This document shows positions 8,084 through 17,423 of a stretch of 22,295 nt of DNA, piece after piece. The position numbers and the translations under genes are program-made. The stretch's first letter is position 1. The number at the start of each line of letters is the position of its first letter. The notes below the pieces were generated by a model, which saw only the letters and a list, made by a program, of their open reading frames with translations, had not been told where the DNA came from and searched no databases. Origin of the DNA: Gemmatimonadota bacterium (GTDB lineage Bacteria > Gemmatimonadota > Gemmatimonadetes > Longimicrobiales > RSA9); NCBI GenBank assembly GCA_040905425.1, contig JBBDRO010000015.1, positions 1 through 22,295 on the forward strand, in the 5' to 3' direction.

Positions 8084-11000
8084 TCATCTGAACAGGTCGG
8101 GCATCCCCCAGCGTGCCGCCACACGCGCGAAGCCGTCCGCCATCGCCGCCGGTGCCGAGCGCGCGGCCGCCGCCAGGGCGGCACGTTGCTCGGCCGAAAG
8201 CGTGGGCGGCTGCTCCTCGGGCCAGCCACCGCGGGTGTCGATGCCGCGGCGTCCGCGCCGCTCCTCACCGTCGTCGGCGATCCCCGCGATGCCCACGAAG
8301 ACCGCCTCGGCCAGCGCCGGGTTGGCCTCGGGCACGGCCTGCAGGAGCGCCACCACGGCGGCCGCGTTCTCCGCTGCGGCGAAGTGGATGGTCATACGCC
8401 GGAGCGTGGCCTGGATTCCCGCCATGGCCGCGCTGTCGCGCTCCGGCAGGCGCTCCCGGCCGAGCAGCGCGAGCGCGGCGTCAGGGCCCTGCTGGATCCC
8501 CGCCATGGCGGCGGCGTCCGGCAACCAGCGGTCGCGCGCGTTGCCGGGCACGGTGATCAGCTCCACGACGGCGTCCACCGCCCGTTGCGAGGGCGGCAGC
8601 TCCGCCACGGCGAGCAGGGCGTCCAGCCGTACGTGCGGATCGGCGTCCTGAAGCACGGTGTTGCCCACTGTATACTCGACATCGTGCGGCGAGGTCCGGT
8701 CGGGGAGCATGCCGGCGGCGAAGATGCCGTCCAGCAACCGTTCGTCCCGCGGCAGCGCCGCGAGCGCGGCCCTGCGCAGGGCGGAAGCTGGATGATGGAG
8801 CGCTAGCCGCGCGGCGTCGCTTGCATCCGTATCCGCCTCGAGGGCGCCGAGACCATGCAGCGTCCAGAGCGCGTGCAGGGCGCCCGGGTTCAGCCCCAGG
8901 GCGTCCACCGTGTGGTCGCGCAGCAGTTCGGTGAGCGCCGGCACCACGTCCGTCCGCCCGCGCTCCACGAGCAGGCGCTGGGCCGTCAGGCGCCAGAACA
9001 GGTTGTCATCCGTGAGCGCCGCCACGAGCCGCGCCGGGGTGGCGCCGGCCAGGCTGGTGGTGGCCTGCGGCGGGGCGTCCTCGTACACCACGCGGTAGAT
9101 GCGGCCGTGGATCTTGTCCCGGTTGGGCGTCTCGTAGGCGTTGCCGGGGCCCAGTTCCGTGCCCTCGGGGGTGGGGTTGTGCTGCGCCACGAGCGAGTAG
9201 AAATCGGAGATCCAGACGGCGCCGTCGGGACCGACCTTGACCTGCACCGGCGCCTGCCACGCGTCGCGGCTGGCCACCAGGTTCCAGCGGTTCAGGGCGC
9301 GGAAACCGGTGCCCTCCGGCTCCAGCTCGAACATGCCGACCAGGTGGGCGGTGGGCTCCGCCACGAACGCCGCGCGGTTCCAGTACTCTGACGGGAAGGC
9401 GCGCGCCGTGTAGATCTCGTGCGCGGAGCCGGCGGTGTACATGCCGAACTGATCCACCTGGTAGATGTTGCGCAGCGGGTAGACGTCCTCGCGGTCGGCG
9501 ATGCGGGGCAGCGTGGGCGTCTCGCCGAGCAGGCGGCGATAGTGGCGGCCCGGGATGTGGACGAAGTTGCTGGCGTTCCGGTTGGCGGTGGAGCCGAACA
9601 CGTGCCCGTCCTCGGTGAAGCCCAGGCCCCAGGTGTTGTTGCTCGTGCGCGCCACGTAGTCCAGGAAGGAGCCGTCCGGCGCGAAGCGGAAGTAGCCGGC
9701 GCCCATGGAGACGGCGTCCACCCCCCGGCCGAAGGTCACGCCGCCCACCGTGCCGCGGAAGCCGTTGTAGCCCACCGAGCCCCAGAGCTGGTTGTCGAAG
9801 CCGTAGCGCAGGTTGCTGATGGTGCCGTGCGTGTCTCCGCGCGGCCAGCCGGTGAAGAGCACCTGGCGCTCGTCCGCCACGTCGTCCCCGTCCGTGTCCC
9901 GGAAGAACAGCATGTGCGGCGCCTGGCCCACGACCAGCCCGCCGTTGGCGAAGGCCAGGCTGGTGGCCAGGTTCATGCCGTCGGCGAACACCGTGGTCTC
10001 GTCCGGCCGGCCGTCCCCGTCCGTGTCCTTCAGGATCAGGATGCGGTCGTTGCCGGGCTCGCCCTCCGGCAGGACCGTGTTGGGATAATCCACCGTCTCC
10101 ACGGCCCACATGCGGCCGCGCTCGTCCCAGGTGAAGTCGATGATGTTGCGGATGGTGGGCTCCGCCGCGTAGGGCTCGATGCGGAAGCCGGGGCGTGCGG
10201 TCATGAGGGCATAGGACTCGTCCGGCGGGAGCGCCACCTGCGCGGTGTCCACCATTTCCCTGAGCGTGTTCCACGGCGCGGGCGGCGGCTCGTAGACGGG
10301 CAGCCCGACCTCGAGGCGCTGCACCGGCGGCTGCGGCTCATCCAGCCGCTGCGCCAACGCCCAGTCCCCCGCGCTCCACTTGAGCGCCTGCGTGAGCAGC
10401 TGCTGGAAGCCCTCGTTGCCCCAGGTGCGCTGATCGTGGCCCCAGGCCGTGTAGAAGACCCGCCCCTCCCCGTAGGAGCGCACCCAGCTCCACGGCTCGT
10501 CGTGGCCGTCCAGGCTGCGCACCTCCAGCACCGTGCGATCCGGGTTGTGCTTGGTGTGGATGTAGGTTTCGTCCCAGCTCTCGAAGGTGGGCACGCCGCG
10601 CACGACGGGATGGTTGGGCGCCGTGCGTGTGGCGCGGAAGGTGCCCGTGCCGTGGCTCTTGAAGGCGGCGCCCACCAGCCGGATGAACGCCTCCGAGTTC
10701 TGGAAGGAGGCGGAGGCGCTGTGCAGCACCACCAGGCCGCCGCCGCTCTCCAGGAAGTCACCGAGCGCCGCGAACTGGTCATCCGAGATGGCGGGCTGGT
10801 TGTTGTAGAAGATGAGCGTGTGGTAGCGGTCCAGGACCTCCGGATCCAGATCGGCCGGATCCTCCGTGAAGACCATGTCGATGCCGTTGTGGGCCAGCAC
10901 CGGCAGGATCTCCTTGGCGCGCACGTGGGGCCGGTGGTGGCCCTGGTCCCCCAGGAAGAGCGCCTGGACGCGGCCGCCGTCCGGCGCCTGGGCCAACAGC

Positions 11001-12628
11001 GGCGCGGGCGCCGCGAGCGCGCCCAGCAGCAGCGCCGCCGGCACCAGCAGCGCCGTGTGGACCCCGGCGTGGGGCGGCATTCCCTCCGGCGTCCGTTCCA
11101 GCCGCACGGCACGGTAACCGCCGCGGCGGCGGTCGCTCAGGTACATGCTGCCGAAGACCAGGATGAGAATGAGCGCGGCGGGCGCGATGTAGCGGAAGGA
11201 CTTCTGGCCGCCCATGGCTTCGGCCGGCTGCAGGATGGCGTTGGCCTCCCCCACGAGCGGCTCGTCGGGGATGGCGGTGGCCACCACGGCGCGCAGGGCG
11301 TTGGCCGTGGCGTCGTGCTGCACGCTGCCCGTTGCTGCCAGCTCTGCCAGCGCCGTCCGGGTGGCCTCGAGCGCGTCGCGCACCTCGGCCTCGCGGTAAC
11401 CCAGCTCCGCGAGGTCGGTGGTGGCCTGCGCCCGCTCGATGTAGGCGGGGAAGGTGGCGTCCACCTCCTGCAGGAGCGCGGTGGTCTCCGCCGGCGGCAG
11501 CTCCTCGGCCAGATAGCCGTCCGCCAGCTTGCCCATGAGCGGCACGCCCACCGCGCCGGCCGCGGCCAGCCCCACGCCCGCCGTGAGCACGATGCCGAGC
11601 GAGCCGGTCCTGGGTAGACGCTCACTCACGGTGCCCACCATGGTGGGGAAGAAGAAGGCCACGCCCCAGGCGAACACGGTGGCTGCCGCCAGCGCGCTCC
11701 AGAGCCCCGTCACGAAGCTCATGAGGAAGAGGCCAGTGCCGGTCAGGACGGACGCGCCGAGCAGCATGCCGGGAGGCGAGAACCGCTCCACGAAGCCGCT
11801 GGCCAGCAGCCGCAGCACCACCATCCAGCCGCTGATCCACACGAGCACCAGGATGCCGTGCATGCCCACCGCCTGGAGCACCGCCGGGATCCAGCGCATG
11901 GGCCCGAGCTCCAGCGACGTGGTGATGGCCATCATGGCCAGCATGAGCAGGAAGAGCGGGTTGGTCAGCGTGTAGCGGAACATTTCCCCCACCGGGACGC
12001 CCGCCTCCGCGTTCTCCGTCTTCGGAAACGGCTGCAGCAGGATCATGTAGCCGTAGATGAGCACGGGGACGTAGACCACCGCCAGCTGATAGGGCCAGTA
12101 TCCGAATGCCCCTCCCCAGTTGTCCAGGACGAAGCCGGCCAGCCCGCCCAGGATAATGCCGATGGGGAAGAAGGCGTGGAAGTAATTCAGCCGCGTGGTC
12201 TTGCTCTCCGGATAGAGCGCGGCGGCGAGGGGGTTGCCCGTCACCTCGATCATGCCGTTGCCCATGGCCAGGATGGCGGCACCGCTCATGAGGATCCAGA
12301 AGGCGGACGGATCGCCCACCCGCAGCACGGCCGAGATGAGCAGCGTGAGCCCCACGAGGTGGCCGGCAAAGGCCAGCCGCGCGCCGTTCTTGAGCCCGAA
12401 GCCTTCCAGCAGCGGGCCCAGCACCAGCAGCGAGATGGCCATGCCCCACAGCGCCGCGCCGGCAATGAGCCCCACCTGGTAGTTGGTCAGGATGAACTCC
12501 TGCTTCAACTGGACGAGCACGTTGCTCACCAGGCCGAAGGAGGCGCCCGTGGGGATGAGGGCCAGGCAGATTCCCGTGAAGAGGCGGCGCCGGTCCACGC
12601 GGGCCGGCTGAGCGCTGAGTTCGGCCAT
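8084..12628 (-). CDS. Fusion protein: MFS transporter + ThuA-like domain + PVC-type membrane-bound-dehydrogenase beta-propeller + helical (HEAT-like) repeats
   Basis: Uninterrupted 1514-aa ORF. About 12 hydrophobic helices in the first ~500 aa. ThuA-like GGGLVVLHSAS...WDETYIH...WVRSYGEGRVFYTAWGHD. Propeller FTWDERGRMWAVETVDYPN, DTDGDGRPD, DTDGDDVAD, NNTWGLGF, GPDGAVWISDFY, GRIYRV. Helical LTDDNLFWRLTAQRLLVE, LHALWTLHGLG. Confidence 0.88.
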   Translation of the reverse strand: MAELSAQPARVDRRRLFTGICLALIPTGASFGLVSNVLVQLKQEFILTNYQVGLIAGAALWGMAISLLVLGPLLEGFGLKNGARLAFAGHLVGLTLLISAVLRVGDPSAFWILMSGAAILAMGNGMIEVTGNPLAAALYPESKTTRLNYFHAFFPIGIILGGLAGFVLDNWGGAFGYWPYQLAVVYVPVLIYGYMILLQPFPKTENAEAGVPVGEMFRYTLTNPLFLLMLAMMAITTSLELGPMRWIPAVLQAVGMHGILVLVWISGWMVVLRLLASGFVERFSPPGMLLGASVLTGTGLFLMSFVTGLWSALAAATVFAWGVAFFFPTMVGTVSERLPRTGSLGIVLTAGVGLAAAGAVGVPLMGKLADGYLAEELPPAETTALLQEVDATFPAYIERAQATTDLAELGYREAEVRDALEATRTALAELAATGSVQHDATANALRAVVATAIPDEPLVGEANAILQPAEAMGGQKSFRYIAPAALILILVFGSMYLSDRRRGGYRAVRLERTPEGMPPHAGVHTALLVPAALLLGALAAPAPLLAQAPDGGRVQALFLGDQGHHRPHVRAKEILPVLAHNGIDMVFTEDPADLDPEVLDRYHTLIFYNNQPAISDDQFAALGDFLESGGGLVVLHSASASFQNSEAFIRLVGAAFKSHGTGTFRATRTAPNHPVVRGVPTFESWDETYIHTKHNPDRTVLEVRSLDGHDEPWSWVRSYGEGRVFYTAWGHDQRTWGNEGFQQLLTQALKWSAGDWALAQRLDEPQPPVQRLEVGLPVYEPPPAPWNTLREMVDTAQVALPPDESYALMTARPGFRIEPYAAEPTIRNIIDFTWDERGRMWAVETVDYPNTVLPEGEPGNDRILILKDTDGDGRPDETTVFADGMNLATSLAFANGGLVVGQAPHMLFFRDTDGDDVADERQVLFTGWPRGDTHGTISNLRYGFDNQLWGSVGYNGFRGTVGGVTFGRGVDAVSMGAGYFRFAPDGSFLDYVARTSNNTWGLGFTEDGHVFGSTANRNASNFVHIPGRHYRRLLGETPTLPRIADREDVYPLRNIYQVDQFGMYTAGSAHEIYTARAFPSEYWNRAAFVAEPTAHLVGMFELEPEGTGFRALNRWNLVASRDAWQAPVQVKVGPDGAVWISDFYSLVAQHNPTPEGTELGPGNAYETPNRDKIHGRIYRVVYEDAPPQATTSLAGATPARLVAALTDDNLFWRLTAQRLLVERGRTDVVPALTELLRDHTVDALGLNPGALHALWTLHGLGALEADTDASDAARLALHHPASALRRAALAALPRDERLLDGIFAAGMLPDRTSPHDVEYTVGNTVLQDADPHVRLDALLAVAELPPSQRAVDAVVELITVPGNARDRWLPDAAAMAGIQQGPDAALALLGRERLPERDSAAMAGIQATLRRMTIHFAAAENAAAVVALLQAVPEANPALAEAVFVGIAGIADDGEERRGRRGIDTRGGWPEEQPPTLSAEQRAALAAAARSAPAAMADGFARVAARWGMPDLFR

Positions 12629-12661
12629 GGTTCGCCCTGGTCAGTGTGTTGGCTTGGCTGG

Positions 12662-12689
12662 TTGGCGCCCGAGGGGGGCACGCTATAAT
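12662..12689 (+). promoter_or_regulatory. Sigma70-like promoter for the cupin operon
   Basis: TTGGCG (12662-12667), 16 nt spacer, TATAAT (12684-12689) in the 128-nt divergent intergenic region; AGGAG RBS at 12744-12748. Confidence 0.6.
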
Positions 12690-12756
12690 GTAGGGTGAGA
12701 CGCCCCACCGCCAGTTTGGCACACACGGCCTTGCCCCCATTCCAGGAGTCGCGCCC

Positions 12757-13194
12757 ATGAGCCCGGATGGTCCGCAGCGCTTCGTCACCGCCCATGAGAT
12801 GGAGGTGGAGGAACTGCCGTGGGGACCGCACGAATGGCTCTCGCGTCCCGGCCTCACGGCGGCCGAGGAGCTGTTGCTCGTGCGGGTGCGCATGCCGCCG
12901 GGCACCGGTCACGCCTTCCACCGCCATCCCGCCATGGAGGAGATCATCTACGTGATTTCCGGGACGGCGGAGCAGTGGGTGGAGCGCGAGTCACGCACGC
13001 TGCGGGCGGGCGAGAGTGCCCACATCCCGCGCGACGTTGTGCACGGCACCTACAACGCCGGCGCCGACACGCTCGTCTTCCTGGCCATCCTCTCCCCGGC
13101 GCAGTTCGACGGGCCCGCGCTCGTGGACGTGGCGGACGAGGAGCCGTGGCGCTCGCTGCGGCCGGTGGACGGCGACCGGCGGCCGGCCGGCTGA
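12757..13194 (+). CDS. Cupin domain protein (metal-binding)
   Basis: 145 aa; motif 1 HAFHRHPAMEEIIYVISG and motif 2 LRAGESAHIPRDVVHGTYN; clear RBS. Confidence 0.9.
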   Translation: MSPDGPQRFVTAHEMEVEELPWGPHEWLSRPGLTAAEELLLVRVRMPPGTGHAFHRHPAMEEIIYVISGTAEQWVERESRTLRAGESAHIPRDVVHGTYNAGADTLVFLAILSPAQFDGPALVDVADEEPWRSLRPVDGDRRPAG

Positions 13195-13205
13195 GGGAGG
13201 CGAAC

Positions 13206-14423
13206 GTGGCGAACACGATCCTGCTGCCGGGGACGCTCGACACCAAGGGGCGGGAATACGCCTACGTGCGCGACCTCATCACGGCGCGCGGCCACGACGT
13301 GCTGGTGATGGACCTGGGGATCCAGGGGGAGCCGGCCTTCGCGCCCGACGTGGCGGCGGACGAGGTGGCGCGGCGCGGTGGCACGGCGCTGGAGGAGCTG
13401 CGCGCCCGCGGTGACCGGGGCTCCGCCGTGGAGGTGATGCTGGCCGGCGCGCGGACGCTCGCCGCGGAGCTGTACGAGCAGGGTCGCTTCGATGCCGTGC
13501 TGGGCATGGGCGGCGGCGGCGGCACCACCATGATCACGGCCGCCATGCGTGCCCTGCCCGTGGGGGTGCCCAAGGTGATGGTCTCCACCATGGCCTCCGG
13601 CAACACGGCGCCGTATGTGGACGTCAAGGACATCACCATGATGTTCTCCGTGGTGGACGTGGCCGGGCTGAACCCGCTCTCCCGGCGCATCCTGGCCAAC
13701 GCCGCGGGCGCTGTCTGCGGCATGGTGGAGCAGGAGGTGCCGAGCGCGGCGGATCGACCGCTGCTGGCGGCCACCATGTTCGGCGTCACCACCCCCTGCG
13801 TGGACGCGGCGCGGGCGCGCCTGGAAGCGGCCGGCTACGACGTGCTCGTCTTCCATGCCACGGGGTCGGGCGGGCGCGCCATGGAGGGCCTCATCCGGGA
13901 CGGCTACTTCGCGGGGGTGCTGGACGCCACCACCACGGAATGGTGCGACGAGGTGGTGGGGGGTGTGCTCGCGGCCGGGCCCGACCGGCTCACGGCGGCC
14001 GGGCAGGCGGGCGTTCCGCAGGTGGTCTCGGTAGGCGCGCTGGACATGGTCAACTTCGGCGCGCTGGACACGGTGCCCGAACGGTTCCGCGCGCGCACGC
14101 TGTACCGGCACAATCCCACCGTCACGCTCATGCGCACGAGCCCGGAGGAGTGTCGCGAGATCGGCCGGCGCATTGCCGAGCAGCTCAACCATGCCACCGG
14201 CCCCGTGGTCCTGGTGCTGCCCCTGCGCGGCGTCAGCATGCTGGACGCCGAGGGACAGCCGTTCGATGACCCGGAGGCCGACCGTGCGCTCTTCGAGGCC
14301 CTCGAGCTGCACACGGGCCAGGCGGTGCGCATCCTGGAAATGGACGCCCACATCAACGATCCCGTCTTTGCCGAGACCCTCGCGGACGAGCTGCTGCGTC
14401 TGGTCTCCCCACCCGAGGAGTAG
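13206..14423 (+). CDS. Tm-1-like ATP-binding domain protein (UPF0261)
   Basis: GTG at 13206 after GGGAGG; GTLDTKGRE, GMGGGGGT, LPVGVPKVMVSTMASG, MFGVTTPCV, FHATGSGGRAME, GALDMVNFG, HNPTVTLMRT, HINDPVFA. Confidence 0.92.
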   Translation: MANTILLPGTLDTKGREYAYVRDLITARGHDVLVMDLGIQGEPAFAPDVAADEVARRGGTALEELRARGDRGSAVEVMLAGARTLAAELYEQGRFDAVLGMGGGGGTTMITAAMRALPVGVPKVMVSTMASGNTAPYVDVKDITMMFSVVDVAGLNPLSRRILANAAGAVCGMVEQEVPSAADRPLLAATMFGVTTPCVDAARARLEAAGYDVLVFHATGSGGRAMEGLIRDGYFAGVLDATTTEWCDEVVGGVLAAGPDRLTAAGQAGVPQVVSVGALDMVNFGALDTVPERFRARTLYRHNPTVTLMRTSPEECREIGRRIAEQLNHATGPVVLVLPLRGVSMLDAEGQPFDDPEADRALFEALELHTGQAVRILEMDAHINDPVFAETLADELLRLVSPPEE

Positions 14424-14431
14424 AACCGCAC

Positions 14432-15271
14432 ATGCCTTTCATCGGCTATCAGGAGTGCCTGCGGCGGCTGCGCGCCCAGGTGGAGGCGGGCAGTCCGATC
14501 ATTGGCGCGGGCGCCGGCACGGGCATCTCGGCCAAGTTCGCCGAGCGCGGCGGCGTGGACCTCATCATCATCTACAACTCGGGCCGCTTCCGCATGGCGG
14601 GGCGCGGCAGCGCGTCCGGCATGATGCCCTACGGAGACGCCAACGAGATCGTGGTGGACATGGCCCGCGAGGTGCTGCCCGTGGTGCGGGACACGCCGGT
14701 GCTGGCGGGCGTGTGCGGCACCGATCCCTTCCGCCTCATGCGCGTCTTCCTGCCGGAGCTCAAGGCCATGGGCTTCGACGGCGTGCAGAACTTCCCCACC
14801 GTGGGGCTCATCGACGGGCAGTTCCGGCAGATCCTGGAGGAGACGGGCATGAGCATCCAGCTGGAGGTGGACATGATCCGCCAGGCGCACGAGCTGGAGA
14901 TGCTCACCTGCCCCTACGCCTTCGATGAGGACACGGCCCGGCGCTTCGCGGAGGCGGGCGCGGACGTGGTGGTGGCGCACGTGAACACCACGGTGGCCGG
15001 CTCCATCGGCGTGCAGACCGCCGCCATGAGCCTGGACGAGGCCGTGGAGCGCGTGCAGGCCATCCACGACGCCGCTCGGGCGGTCAATCCGGAGGTCATG
15101 GTGCTCTGTCACGGCGGTCCGATCGCGCAGCCCGAGGACGCCCAGTACGTGCTGGAACGCACCAGCGGCGTGGCGGGCTTCTTCGGTGCTTCCAGCATCG
15201 AGCGGCTGGCCACGGAGCCCGCCATCGAGGCGCAGACCCGCCGCTTCAAGGAACTGAGGGTGAACGCGTGA
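14432..15271 (+). CDS. Phosphoenolpyruvate hydrolase-like TIM-barrel protein (homolog of the Tm-1 C-terminal domain)
   Basis: 279 aa; GAGAGTGISAKFAERGGVDLIIIYNSGRFRMAGRGS, GVQNFPTVGLIDG, LCHGGPI, GFFGASSIERL. Confidence 0.92.
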   Translation: MPFIGYQECLRRLRAQVEAGSPIIGAGAGTGISAKFAERGGVDLIIIYNSGRFRMAGRGSASGMMPYGDANEIVVDMAREVLPVVRDTPVLAGVCGTDPFRLMRVFLPELKAMGFDGVQNFPTVGLIDGQFRQILEETGMSIQLEVDMIRQAHELEMLTCPYAFDEDTARRFAEAGADVVVAHVNTTVAGSIGVQTAAMSLDEAVERVQAIHDAARAVNPEVMVLCHGGPIAQPEDAQYVLERTSGVAGFFGASSIERLATEPAIEAQTRRFKELRVNA

Positions 15272-17355
15272 ACCGCTTCTGCGCCGCCCTGCTCCTGGCG
15301 CTCGGAACGCCGCTGGCGGGGCAGCAGCCGCCGCCGCCAGAGCGGGTCGTGACCATCGATTCGCTCGTCGTCATCGCGGAGCGTGAAGCGACGACGCTCT
15401 CCTCCTCGACCGCGGCCGTCTCCGTGCTCACGGCCGATCAGCTCGCCCGCATTCCGCAGGTCACGCTGGCGGACGCCCTGCGGCAGGTACCCGGCTTCGC
15501 GGTGGTGGGCTTCGACGGCCTGGGCTACGACCCGCAGCTCATGGTGCGCGGCTTCTACGGCGGCGGCGAGGCGGAGTACGTGGTGGTGCTGGTGGACGGC
15601 CAACCGTTGAACGACCTGCCCGGCGGGCGCGTGCCGTGGGACGCCATACCGCTGGAACGCGTGGCGCGCGTGGAGATCGTGCGTGGGAGCGCCTCCCCGC
15701 TGTGGGGGGACGCGGCGCTCGGCGGCGTCATCAACGTGATCACGCGGCGGCCAGGAGCGGGGGCGCTCGGCTGGAGCCTCGCGGCCGGCTCGCACGGCAC
15801 GTGGCGCGGCAGCGGGGACGCGCACACGCGCGTGGCGGGTCGTGATCTGACGGTGTACGGCGGCCTCGACCGCACCGACGGCTATCGCACGCACGCCGCG
15901 CGTACGGCCGGCCGCGCCGGGGCCACCCTGGCACTGGCCAGCGGACCCGCAGGCTCCCTGGAGCTCCGGGCGCGCACGCACTGGCGCCGCTTCGACGAGC
16001 CCGGACCGTTGCTCGGCAGCGCCGCGGAGCTGGATCCCGCGGCCTCGGACGTCTTCTTCCGCTTCGACGAGACGGACGAGCGCGGCTACCGTCTTGGCCT
16101 GGACGGCAGCCGGATGCTCGGCGCGCGGGCGCGGCTGTCGGGCTCCGTGCTCGGGGAGCTGCGGGACGTGGCGGCCGTCCGCACGCTGGCACTGGCCCCC
16201 GACTTCGCCGACACGCAGGCGCGCGATCTGGGTACGAGGCGGGCGCTGGCCACCACGCAGCTGGCCATCGAGAACACCGGCCTGCCTGTCGCGGACCGGC
16301 TGATCGTGGGTGTGGATGCCTCCTTCGGCACGCTGGATTCGGAGTACCACGTGATCCTGCGCGGTGACCGGAGCGCCTACGAGGGTGCTCCCGGTGGGCC
16401 CGGCGAGCTGGACGCTGCCGGCAGCGGCGAGCGGAGCGCCGCCGCGGCGTTCGTCCAGTATGCGCTGCTGCCCGCGGAAGCGGTGCGGGTCTCCCTGGGC
16501 GTGCGCGCGGATTGGCTGCGCGACGCCTACGAGGCGCGGGCGCCCGAGCCGGGCGAGCGGATCGATGCCACGCACACGGCCGTCAGTCCGCGCCTGGGCG
16601 TCAACGTGGCCTACGTGGACACGGATGCCCACGATGGGCACGTGTATGCGTCGGCGGGCCGCTCCTTCAAGGCCCCCACCCTGGACCAGCTCTTCGACCA
16701 GCGCCGGCTGCCGGTGCCCTTCCCCCCGTTCGCCGTGACCACGTCCAACGAGCTGCTGGAGCCGCAGCGCGGCACCAGCCTCGAGGTGGGCCTCTACCAC
16801 GGGGTGTCCCGACCGGGCGGCCTGCACGCCGCGCTCTCCGTGGCCGCCTACCAGATGGACATGGAGGACGAGCTGGACTTCAGCATCCAGGAGCTGCGCT
16901 ACGTGAACATCGGGCGCAGCCGCCATCGTGGCGTGGAAGCCGGGCTCGCGCTTACGAGCTCCGATGCCGCCACGCTCTCCCTCAACTACACGCGCCAGGC
17001 CGTGACGGCGCGCGCGGGCGAGCACGCCGGCCGCGTGCTCAAGGCCATCCCCGGCCACTTCCTGAGCGGCGGGCTGGGTACGATGTTCGGCGAGCTCGAG
17101 GTGGGCCTCCTGGTCAGCCACGCCCGGGACATCTGGCTGGATGACGCCAACACGCTGCGGCTGCCCGCCTTCACGCGCGTGGACGCACGGGCCTCGCATC
17201 CGCTGGCCGGCATGCGCCTCTTCCTGGACGTGCGCAACGTGCTGGACGCGGCGTACAGCACCACGGGCTTCCCCGACCCGAGCGGCTCGGGCGCCATGTA
17301 CTACCATCCCGCCGCGGGTCGCACGCTCGACCTGGGCGTGCGCGGCGGCTCCTGA
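15268..17355 (+). CDS. TonB-dependent outer membrane receptor
   Basis: 695 aa; signal peptide; plug domain [10 protein letters not shown]...VRGF...[10 protein letters not shown]...[26 protein letters not shown]; barrel motifs [36 protein letters not shown] overlap with the upstream gene. Confidence 0.92.
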   Translation: MNRFCAALLLALGTPLAGQQPPPPERVVTIDSLVVIAEREATTLSSSTAAVSVLTADQLARIPQVTLADALRQVPGFAVVGFDGLGYDPQLMVRGFYGGGEAEYVVVLVDGQPLNDLPGGRVPWDAIPLERVARVEIVRGSASPLWGDAALGGVINVITRRPGAGALGWSLAAGSHGTWRGSGDAHTRVAGRDLTVYGGLDRTDGYRTHAARTAGRAGATLALASGPAGSLELRARTHWRRFDEPGPLLGSAAELDPAASDVFFRFDETDERGYRLGLDGSRMLGARARLSGSVLGELRDVAAVRTLALAPDFADTQARDLGTRRALATTQLAIENTGLPVADRLIVGVDASFGTLDSEYHVILRGDRSAYEGAPGGPGELDAAGSGERSAAAAFVQYALLPAEAVRVSLGVRADWLRDAYEARAPEPGERIDATHTAVSPRLGVNVAYVDTDAHDGHVYASAGRSFKAPTLDQLFDQRRLPVPFPPFAVTTSNELLEPQRGTSLEVGLYHGVSRPGGLHAALSVAAYQMDMEDELDFSIQELRYVNIGRSRHRGVEAGLALTSSDAATLSLNYTRQAVTARAGEHAGRVLKAIPGHFLSGGLGTMFGELEVGLLVSHARDIWLDDANTLRLPAFTRVDARASHPLAGMRLFLDVRNVLDAAYSTTGFPDPSGSGAMYYHPAAGRTLDLGVRGGS

Positions 17356-17423
17356 CACACCCCGCGCCGGCCCGGAGCACGGCGGAGCGGCCGCGGCCCG
17401 ACGGCGCCGAGGGCGCGCGCTTC

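Noticed and set aside
9419..11617. 732-aa plus-strand ORF (and similar long antisense ORFs at 15109-17358, 17301-18731, 19663-21177)
   Set aside because: Antisense shadows of well-supported genes in high-GC DNA, with no recognisable motifs.
12819..13205. N-terminal extension of the UPF0261 ORF
   Set aside because: Overlaps the cupin in another frame; the family N-terminus and a strong RBS point to GTG 13206.
13206..15271. Anti-phage role for the Tm-1-like pair by analogy to plant virus resistance
   Set aside because: The context is entirely metabolic, outside the putative island, with no defence genes nearby; nothing in the sequence supports it.
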